Assembly (NCBI GenBank): GCA_965601925.1
Contig: OZ271854.1
Location: forward strand, 576,001 to 640,000
Length of the DNA: 64,000 bases
Source: Alkalispirochaeta sp.
GTDB lineage: Bacteria > Spirochaetota > Spirochaetia > DSM-27196 > Alkalispirochaetaceae
Direction: 5' to 3'
The stretch's first letter is position 1, and each line of letters opens with the position of its first letter. The position numbers were made by a program, and so were the translations under genes. Below, one piece after another: positions 40,251 through 47,365 of this stretch. Below the pieces are notes generated by a model. The model searched no databases. It was not told the origin of the DNA and saw only the letters and a program-made list of their open reading frames with translations.

Positions 40251-41552
40251 TTACTGACTGGTGCGTATGGTTGTATTGAGTGCGTACTCGAGATCGAGCA
40301 GCGTCGATAGATAGGTAAACTGTTCACTGAGCAGCTGATATCGCGCCTCTTCGAGGTCGTCGGCGGCCTCCAGCACGTCGATGAAATCGGTAACGCCCTG
40401 CTGATATGAGTCGAGGGTAAGCAGATAAATCTCTTCCTGGAGGCTGAGGCTGAGTTCGAGCGACTCCAAGGCGACCGCGGAACTCTGCAGCGCCCGCAGG
40501 AGTGAATCCACCTCGAAGCGGGCGTTATCGAGCACGTTCGCGCGCTGGATCTCAAGGGCGCTCAGGATGTCGTCGTTTCCCCGTAGATCGACGCCCGTAG
40601 AGGAAAAGGGCAGATAGTTGTCGAGTGGAATCGTTACCGTAACGCTCAACGAGCCCTGATCGTTCCACTCGTCGCCGGCGGGGTTGTCGGCGTTAAAGGG
40701 ATCGGCGAGAGCGGGGCTGTACGAGGCGCCGAGGGTCACCGTCGGCGTGCGCTCCAACTGTGTGGTGGCGCGGTTGACGCTGCGCCGCGTGGCAATCTGG
40801 GCGTCAATATCCTGCAAATCCCAGCGACCCGTAAGATCGGTGCGCCCGGCAATCTCGTCCAGCCCGTCGAGCGCCTCAACTTCGATGGTACCCTCCAGCT
40901 CGATCACCTGCTCTTCGCGAATCCCCAAAAGGAGGCGAAAGTTCGCCAGCGCATCGTCGTAGGCCGCCTCCTGGCGTTGCAACGTCAGCCGCCTGTTCCG
41001 CAACGTCACCTCCGCCTGGCGTAGCGTCACCTCCGAAACCAACCCGGCATTGAACTCCGTTTGGGTTTGTACCAGCGTCTCTTCGGCCGTCGCGACGCTC
41101 TGCTCGGCGACGGTGATGTTCTGCTCCGCCAGGATCAAGCTGTAGAAGCTCTGACGTACCGCGAGCGCGACGTCGGCGACCGCCTGCTCGTAGGTGATTT
41201 GGTCGTTGATGTACTGCAGCCGCGCCGTCGAGATTCCCTCGATCGAGGCGATCGAGAATACGAGTTGAGCCTCCAAGCGTGCAGAAAACGTCGTATTGTA
41301 CGGATCGGTCGTCGATATCTCCTCGTTGGACCGGGCAAGGGTGCCGCTCACATTCATGGACGGCAGGAGGGCGTTCCACGCCGTATCGGCCGAGCGAGCC
41401 GACGTGGATAGATTGACTCGCCCCTGCGCGAGACTCAGATTCTCGACGATCGCCCGCTCTACCGCCGAGTCTTCGGTGAGCACGATTGTCTGCGCGAATA
41501 CCGGCAGCAAGGCGGTCGAAATCATTAGGATCGTTAGCACTGTTCTTTTCAC
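40251..41552 (-). CDS. TolC-family outer membrane channel
   Basis: Signal peptide, two OEP-type repeats, YQQGVTDFIDVLEA. First gene of the RND operon. Confidence 0.88.
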   Translation of the reverse strand: MKRTVLTILMISTALLPVFAQTIVLTEDSAVERAIVENLSLAQGRVNLSTSARSADTAWNALLPSMNVSGTLARSNEEISTTDPYNTTFSARLEAQLVFSIASIEGISTARLQYINDQITYEQAVADVALAVRQSFYSLILAEQNITVAEQSVATAEETLVQTQTEFNAGLVSEVTLRQAEVTLRNRRLTLQRQEAAYDDALANFRLLLGIREEQVIELEGTIEVEALDGLDEIAGRTDLTGRWDLQDIDAQIATRRSVNRATTQLERTPTVTLGASYSPALADPFNADNPAGDEWNDQGSLSVTVTIPLDNYLPFSSTGVDLRGNDDILSALEIQRANVLDNARFEVDSLLRALQSSAVALESLELSLSLQEEIYLLTLDSYQQGVTDFIDVLEAADDLEEARYQLLSEQFTYLSTLLDLEYALNTTIRTSQ

Positions 41553-41580
41553 GTGTTGCCTCTCAGTCTCGTTTAAACCA

Positions 41581-41637
41581 AATGTAGTCGGCTCTCCGAC
41601 TCATTGCTATAAACGACGTTTTAAAGTTGGGATAACG
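41581..41637 (-). promoter_or_regulatory. RND operon promoter with phased GTTTAT/TAA repeats
   Basis: Plus strand: AATGTA 41581-41586, 22 nt, ATAAACGACGT from 41609, further TTAAAG and ATAACG at about 11-bp steps. Confidence 0.7.
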
Positions 41638-41665
41638 GATCGTTTATGAGTTGTACCACTCCCCT

Positions 41666-42736
41666 CTAAACCGTAGCAACTTCTTTTATTATTTGTAATT
41701 GCATAAGAAACGACCTCGATACGTGCATCCGTCGCTCGAGCGGATGTATGCCCCGGCGCGCGCGCAACGGTCCCCTGCCGGCAAACGCCGAACGCGCCTG
41801 TGCGGACGCGTACACGCGCGCCCGTCGAGATGCGGCGAGTGGGCGGTAGCGGTGACGATGAAACGTCAACGGAAATCGTCCGGTGGCGTATGCGCACGTC
41901 AGGAGGTTCGTGAAAAGCGCGCCACGGGGTTGCGTCAACTCCTCGTCCGAAACGCCGAATACGCGCTCGAACGATCCGATACGCGAGAACCGATCGAGAT
42001 CGCCGGTGACGGCCGCCGGAGCGTTGAGGGAGACGACCGTTCCGCGGCCGGATGACCGCCCGAGCCCGTACGATCTCACGCCTGCGGCGGACTGCGCCGG
42101 TGCAGCGTTACGGGACGGAGCCTGGTGTTCATCGGCGGGTGCGGATAGGCGGCGCCATAAACGGGTTGCCGCCTCGTCGATACGATCGACTCCATCGCCC
42201 GAACCCGATGCGAACCGGAACCGCGTGTGGCCTGATCGGGTCGCGAGCTCCACCGCCAAGGAGAGGGCGGGCGCCCACCGACCGACTACGGTGACCTCAT
42301 CGCTCTCCAACAACCGCTCAACGAGTTGATGCCGGAGCGTCGCGTCGACAATCGCTCGATCGCCCGCCGTCTCACGATACGTTGATACGATCCCATCGTA
42401 GAGGCCGTAGGACGGAGTGCACAGAAGCGCCTTGAAACCGACGGTTCGCACTGCTCCGTCGGGCGAGCGCATCGTGATGGAGTCGGCATCGATATCGATC
42501 GGATCGGCGACGAGATACCCGTCTATCGGAAGGAACTCATCGACATCCCGGACGAACGCCTCTACCGGATATCCGGCGACAAGCGCGCCGGCAAAGTACG
42601 GATCGTATATCCGAGTCGTGGGAGTGACCAAGGCGGCCGGAACCAATCGTCGTAAGGCGGCGGTCCAGGCGATCGCCGTCGGGCCGTTACCGACGATGAA
42701 TATGTGGTCGTCGCCTATGTCTCGCAGGTGTGCCAT
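41666..42736 (-). CDS. Hypothetical protein with degenerate FAD/NAD Rossmann motifs
   Basis: GGAG SD. HIFIVGNGPTAIA and VTVVGRWAPAL resemble two dinucleotide-binding starts. 3' end uncertain. Confidence 0.5.
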   Translation of the reverse strand: MAHLRDIGDDHIFIVGNGPTAIAWTAALRRLVPAALVTPTTRIYDPYFAGALVAGYPVEAFVRDVDEFLPIDGYLVADPIDIDADSITMRSPDGAVRTVGFKALLCTPSYGLYDGIVSTYRETAGDRAIVDATLRHQLVERLLESDEVTVVGRWAPALSLAVELATRSGHTRFRFASGSGDGVDRIDEAATRLWRRLSAPADEHQAPSRNAAPAQSAAGVRSYGLGRSSGRGTVVSLNAPAAVTGDLDRFSRIGSFERVFGVSDEELTQPRGALFTNLLTCAYATGRFPLTFHRHRYRPLAASRRARVYASAQARSAFAGRGPLRARRGIHPLERRMHVSRSFLMQLQIIKEVATV

Positions 42737-42802
42737 TGCGTTTCTCCAGTGACGTCGTCGTCGGGTGCCACTCATTCCGACGACCGACATTCGATGTAGG
42801 CC

Positions 42803-42858
42803 AATCTACGGCGGTGAGCGGCGACGTACCATAAACGGCGGGTAAGCTTCGGATAACA
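42803..42858 (-). promoter_or_regulatory. Promoter with the same GTTTAT-N22-TAnnnT architecture
   Basis: Plus strand: AATCTA 42803-42808, 22 nt, ATAAAC 42831, GTAAGC 42842, ATAACA 42853. Confidence 0.65.
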
Positions 42859-42944
42859 CGTTCGTTTAAACGATCGCGGTCCTCGACGCGTCGTGTCCGC
42901 GTTCATCCGGAACGGGCGAACGGACTGCGCCGGGCGCGGGTCAC

Positions 42945-43002
42945 AAAAAAACCTCACCCGTTCGGTCACGAGCGCGTCGGCCTGCTTCCGAACGGGTGAG
43001 GT
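42945..43002 (-). terminator. Intrinsic terminator
   Basis: Perfect 15-bp stem (42951-42965 with 42988-43002), 22-nt loop, T7 run on the minus strand. Confidence 0.8.
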
Positions 43003-43030
43003 GAATCCTAAGATCCCGAGAAGGAATCCG
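42945..43030 (-). ncRNA. Candidate small regulatory RNA (~85 nt) divergent from the porin gene
   Basis: Bounded by its own -10 (TATGAT 43042-43037) and an intrinsic terminator. No start codon with SD inside. Confidence 0.6.
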
Positions 43031-43036
43031 AGATAG

Positions 43037-43079
43037 ATCATAACGAGGCGACGTGAACGGGAGGTGAAGCGGAGCTGAA
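43037..43079 (-). promoter_or_regulatory. Promoter with three 11-bp-phased TTCA repeats
   Basis: Minus strand: TTCAG-N6-TTCAC-N6-TTCAC-N10-TATGAT. Confidence 0.7.
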
Positions 43080-43127
43080 GTCTTGCTGTATGTTGCGACG
43101 GTCGCCCGAGCACCTCATCAGGGCGTT

Positions 43128-43170
43128 TTCAGTTCCCGTTCAGCTTGCGTTCATATTGCTCAGCTATAGT
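43128..43170 (+). promoter_or_regulatory. Porin promoter with three 11-bp-phased TTCA repeats
   Basis: Plus strand: TTCAG-N6-TTCAG-N6-TTCAT-N10-TATAGT. Confidence 0.7.
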
Positions 43171-43271
43171 ACCTCCGACTGCGACGGCCGCTCGCGGCGG
43201 TCGTCGGGCACTAGAAAAAGCCGGGGAAAAGGGCCGTCGGTCCACCCGGGAAACCCTTGAGGAGGAATAGC

Positions 43272-44453
43272 ATGAAACGATTTGCGATCGTCGGCTTGGC
43301 GCTTTGCACTATCGGAGCCGCCGTCTTTGCGGAAGAAGAGGTCGGTCCGAGCATCAACGTAGGCGGCGAATTGACCTACGGCTTCGTCGTGAATCCCGAA
43401 ACGGATCCCACGTTCACCGATCTTCTCGACGCCGCCGATATCAACTTGACCGGTAACATGGATGCATATAACTCATATCGCATACGTCTCGACTTCAACG
43501 GCGGTACCGACGAGCTCCAGGAGGCCGACGATGTGGCGGTCGACGAGGCGTTCATCAACACCGATCTGGCGCACTATTTCGGACTCGACGCATTGGGCGT
43601 CGTCATTCAGTGGCGCAACGGATTCGACGATACCAACGCGTCGGTGCACAGCGCCGGTACGCGTTATGCGTTCGACGAGATCACCGACAACGACGATTTG
43701 TCCACCGACGACACGTGGATATCCGAAGTAACGCTCGGATACATGGACGTATTTCGTCTGAAGAGCGCTTGGGCGTGGGACACCGATCAAGGCGCCGACG
43801 ATATTCCCGAGATGCTCTTTGAGATATCAAGCGCTCCGGTCACCGGTGTCGAGGCGGCGGTCGCCTATACCACCAACCGTACCGCGGGCGGTACGATCGG
43901 CGTGAGCTCGAGCTTTGCGCTCGCTGAGTTCGTTCCGACGTTCGCCTCGTCCGGCATCGGACTCGATCTCGGCGCCAACTTCGCCTACAACCTTTCGGCG
44001 TCCGACGACTTCACCGAGTCCGGCGTGGAGCCCGATGTCATCGCGGCGGAGCAGGCGGTCTGGGGTGCATCGGCTAAGGTCACCTACCTCGGCGCCGACC
44101 TCGGCGTGTCCTACGTCGGCGGCGCGGAAGACGATGAGAACACAGCGGCCGGCTTTGTCGTTATCGGCATCGACGCCGGATACCAGCTCATCGAGGATTT
44201 GGGTGTGTACGGCGGAATCGCCCTTGACTTCACCGATTACGAGGCGGTCGGCGGCGCCGAGAACATCGAGGGCGTCGCCGGCGGAGAGTTCGGCGTGTCG
44301 TGGGACATCGGCGGCCTCAACCTCAAGACCGGGTACTGGTTCAGCGACGGGTACGGGTTGGGTAGCATCGACGCTCTCGGAGAAGACGTCGACGGCGACA
44401 TGAATCCCGACGGCGGCATGTTCTTCCGCTTCTCCTACGAGTGGGGAATCTAA
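43272..44453 (+). CDS. Putative outer-membrane beta-barrel porin
   Basis: GAGGAGG SD, signal peptide (AVFA-EE), amphipathic Gly/aromatic-rich strands, C-terminal FFRFSYEWGI; strongly acidic. Confidence 0.7.
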   Translation: MKRFAIVGLALCTIGAAVFAEEEVGPSINVGGELTYGFVVNPETDPTFTDLLDAADINLTGNMDAYNSYRIRLDFNGGTDELQEADDVAVDEAFINTDLAHYFGLDALGVVIQWRNGFDDTNASVHSAGTRYAFDEITDNDDLSTDDTWISEVTLGYMDVFRLKSAWAWDTDQGADDIPEMLFEISSAPVTGVEAAVAYTTNRTAGGTIGVSSSFALAEFVPTFASSGIGLDLGANFAYNLSASDDFTESGVEPDVIAAEQAVWGASAKVTYLGADLGVSYVGGAEDDENTAAGFVVIGIDAGYQLIEDLGVYGGIALDFTDYEAVGGAENIEGVAGGEFGVSWDIGGLNLKTGYWFSDGYGLGSIDALGEDVDGDMNPDGGMFFRFSYEWGI

Positions 44454-44479
44454 CATCGATCGAGTTGTTCAAAGAATCG

Positions 44480-44518
44480 GGCCGCAGTCGGGTAACCACT
44501 CGACTGCGGCCTTTTTTT
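44480..44518 (+). terminator. Intrinsic terminator of the porin gene
   Basis: GGCCGCAGTCGGGT-AACC-ACTCGACTGCGGCC followed by T7. Confidence 0.88.
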
Positions 44519-44532
44519 GCTCTTCCGCCGGA

Positions 44533-45285
44533 TCACGATGCGGGGGATAGTGCGGCGGGAGACGGCACCGGGGAACCGCCGAACTGGTACCCGTATCCTC
44601 GAATCGTCTCGATCCAATCGGGCCATCCCAGTTTCTTCCGTATGTTCTTGACATGGGCATCCAATGAACGCAGATAGCTGCTCGTATACTCGTACCCCAT
44701 GCACTCCTGTACAATCGCGTCGCGCGCGCAGTTCTTCTCGGCGCGATACGCGAGATACCGCAGGACTTTCCATTCGGTTTCGGTCACCCTGAGCGCCTTC
44801 CCATCCAGAAAGACCTTATGGGCGTCGTCGTCGATGGTGAGCGTACTCCCGTGGAGCCGCCAAGAGCGACGTATATCCGAGGTCTGCTGCGCCGCGGAGT
44901 AATCCGAAGTGGAGGCGTGAAGTATTCCGGCGATACGGAGCGCAATCTCGCGCATCGAGAACGCCTGATCGATAATGCCGCTGGCTCCGATTCGTAACAA
45001 GTTGAGTCGGTCACCCTCGCCGATTGCGGTGCTTACCACGATGACGACGCGCTGGTGCCCCAGAGCCAACTCCCGCACGGTGTCGAAGGCGAGCCGCTTT
45101 CGCCCAAAATCGCCCACGACGACCGTCGGTGTCGGATACGGTTTCGTATCGACGGGTCGCGAGACAACTTCACGAATGCTGGAACACGCGACGATCGAAT
45201 AGCCCAAGAGCGCCAACTCGTTTTGCAAGGGTCGACTCGTCTTCTCATCGAGAGTCAGGACTTCAATTTCGATACCATGCATCAT
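44533..45285 (-). CDS. Orphan OmpR-family regulator with atypical receiver
   Basis: Clear wHTH (LRVTETEWKVL...RSLDAHVKNIRKKLG...TIRGYGY). The receiver has IIDQAF in place of KPF. Confidence 0.85.
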   Translation of the reverse strand: MMHGIEIEVLTLDEKTSRPLQNELALLGYSIVACSSIREVVSRPVDTKPYPTPTVVVGDFGRKRLAFDTVRELALGHQRVVIVVSTAIGEGDRLNLLRIGASGIIDQAFSMREIALRIAGILHASTSDYSAAQQTSDIRRSWRLHGSTLTIDDDAHKVFLDGKALRVTETEWKVLRYLAYRAEKNCARDAIVQECMGYEYTSSYLRSLDAHVKNIRKKLGWPDWIETIRGYGYQFGGSPVPSPAALSPAS

Positions 45286-45458
45286 TCTCTCCAAGTGTGG
45301 ACTACCCCCGTACGAGAACTATGGTATACACGCTGGACGACGACATTGAATCGACGGAATACCACACGTCGACGCGCATTCGTCGAGAGAAACGACGTTG
45401 GTTCCGACGATGTCGCCTAACGGGACAATCGGGCCGTCGGCGCCGAGTACGGCGACGC

Positions 45459-46115
45459 CTACGCGCTTTCCATCCGCCGCGTAGCATCGTCGACGAGGGT
45501 GAGAAACTCACGACTGACCGGCGGCATTCGGGCGTTCAGAAGGTCGGGCGTCGCGATGAAGAAGTTTGCAACGAGGAACGCCGCAATGTCCTCGACCGAT
45601 ACGCGGCAATCCTCTTTCACCCACCACGATAGGAGCCCGAGAAGGCTTCCGGCCAGCAGGTGCGCCAGAACGACGAGGGGCATCCTCGGCGTGCTGTGAT
45701 TATGATCGACGACGTGGGTCAGGCGGTGGCGAAATGCATCGACGGCGGAGTCGCGCATCCTCAAGACGAAGTCTCCCGAGCCTCGCGGGCCGAACATAAG
45801 CTTGTAAAAGTCGAGATTGTGTTTGATGTGGGTAAGCATAGCAAGGGTGTATTGCCGCGGTTTGTCGATCCCGTTGTCCTCCATCTCTTCCGGCACGGAC
45901 CAGAGGGTGTTCCAGATCTCGTCGAGCATTTCGTCCATGCCTCGCGTAAACAGGTCGCTCTTATCCTCGTAGTGTCGGTAAAACGTCGTTCGATTGACCA
46001 TCGCTCGCTCGGCGATCTCGGCGACGGTAATCGCCTCGTACGATTTCTCGTTCATGAGGTCCATGAGCGCCTGGCGCAGTATCTGCTTTGTTCTACGAAC
46101 CCGTAAGTCCGGCAT
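45459..46115 (-). CDS. TetR/AcrR-family regulator
   Basis: DLRVRRTK...ITVAEIAERAMVNRTTFYRHYEDK. Confidence 0.93.
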   Translation of the reverse strand: MPDLRVRRTKQILRQALMDLMNEKSYEAITVAEIAERAMVNRTTFYRHYEDKSDLFTRGMDEMLDEIWNTLWSVPEEMEDNGIDKPRQYTLAMLTHIKHNLDFYKLMFGPRGSGDFVLRMRDSAVDAFRHRLTHVVDHNHSTPRMPLVVLAHLLAGSLLGLLSWWVKEDCRVSVEDIAAFLVANFFIATPDLLNARMPPVSREFLTLVDDATRRMESA

Positions 46116-46357
46116 CGTTCCCTCCTGTCACCGATCGGTGCCCAACGCGTAGTCGCGATCGACCGTCGGCTATACGGTTCGACGCGCACTCCGCCGTCGA
46201 ACATGCTGGAAAAACCCGACGAGGTTTTTTATATGGAGCATACGTTTTACGATTCGATGTGATACGGCGACGAGATCCTCGTGCGGACACGGCGCCGATA
46301 GTCGACGAACGCCCGCGACACAGCTGCCGGTCACGACGGTCGCGCATCACGATCGCG

Positions 46358-47197
46358 TCAAAAACGATACGAGACGAACACTCCGCCATTGAACTGCTCA
46401 CCTTGTTGCACGATCGGACTATCCTCGGCGTCTCCGGTAATCCACGTATAGCCGAACGTACCGTTGAGGAGCCAGCGCTCCCCGAGGACATACATGACGC
46501 CTACGTTCGTTCCCAGTGCGTAAAAGCCGGCGTCGGCGTCATGTCGATTCAGACCGGAGCGTACGGCCTGCTCACCGTTCACGCCGAAGTAGCGTTCCAT
46601 ATAGGTTTCGTTCGCCCACTCGGCCGAAAAACCGAGCATAACGGCGGGTCCGGGAGGCGGTCCTCCGCCGCCCATTTCTCCCGGACGAATGTCGCCGGTC
46701 ACCATTGCAAGGGGAACCATGGCGCGCACGCCTACCTCGGCCGTGAGGCCGTCGGTTCCGCCGAGGTGTTGCGTGAGCGTTCCATAGGGCGTGACGGGCC
46801 CGAGTCGATACTCGAATCCACCGTTGACCGTCACCGCGGGATCGATATCGCCGAGACCGTTGAGATCGTCGTGGTCATCGGGGCGCCCGGTGGAGTATCC
46901 GAGACCGCTCGAAATGGTGAAGCCGCCTCCGCGGTACAGATGCACACCGATTCCGCGCGGGACGCTGAGATATAAGCGATCGTTCCACTCGATGTTTACC
47001 ATCGGCAGGACGCGCAGTTCCATCTCGTCGGCGCCGTCGTAGGCCGAGCCGTATAGGGACCCGACGCCGACGGATATATCCCACATCCCCGCCTCGACGA
47101 GCCGATCGCCGTCGGCGTCTACCGGACGGGGAGACGCTACCATACACAGCGCCGCGACCATCATCATCGTCGCGGCGCTCGACGAGCCTCTTACCAT
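46358..47197 (-). CDS. MipA/OmpV-family outer membrane protein (copy 1)
   Basis: YDGAD..RVLP, LNGLGDID, YMERYFGV and GDAEDSPIV...YRF. Confidence 0.88.
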   Translation of the reverse strand: MVRGSSSAATMMMVAALCMVASPRPVDADGDRLVEAGMWDISVGVGSLYGSAYDGADEMELRVLPMVNIEWNDRLYLSVPRGIGVHLYRGGGFTISSGLGYSTGRPDDHDDLNGLGDIDPAVTVNGGFEYRLGPVTPYGTLTQHLGGTDGLTAEVGVRAMVPLAMVTGDIRPGEMGGGGPPPGPAVMLGFSAEWANETYMERYFGVNGEQAVRSGLNRHDADAGFYALGTNVGVMYVLGERWLLNGTFGYTWITGDAEDSPIVQQGEQFNGGVFVSYRF

Positions 47198-47263
47198 GGC
47201 TCACCCCTCCTCGATCGATGCGGAACGGAGAGCGCCTCTCGCAGACCGTTACGTATCGCGTTC

Positions 47264-47319
47264 AGGGTAGCGATTCGACCGGCTCGACACCATAAACGAC
47301 GTCTTAAGTTTCTATAAAC
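47264..47319 (-). promoter_or_regulatory. mipA promoter with GTTTAT-N22-TAnnnT architecture
   Basis: Plus strand: AGGGTA 47264-47269, 22 nt, ATAAACGACGT from 47292, TTAAGT 47304, ATAAAC 47314. Confidence 0.7.
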
Positions 47320-47365
47320 AATTTGGCGCGTCCGCGGTGCATATCGATTTCATGGCATAGAGAGT

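Noticed and set aside
42772..43113. 113-aa ORF or MIYLGFLLGILG leader peptide across the terminator hairpin
   Set aside because: Its ATG lies within the predicted -10 box, there is no SD, and the frame reads through the terminator. An sRNA explains the region better.
43095..43125. CTGATGAG (hammerhead-like core) on the minus strand
   Set aside because: No following stem II plus GAAA, so the ribozyme core is incomplete.
45335..45420. Roughly periodic CGAC repeats upstream of the orphan regulator
   Set aside because: CGAC and TCGA are abundant throughout this sequence and the spacing is irregular.
46211..46230. AAAAACC-N6-GGTTTTT inverted repeat upstream of tetR
   Set aside because: Short and low-complexity. 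I cannot distinguish operator, weak terminator or chance.
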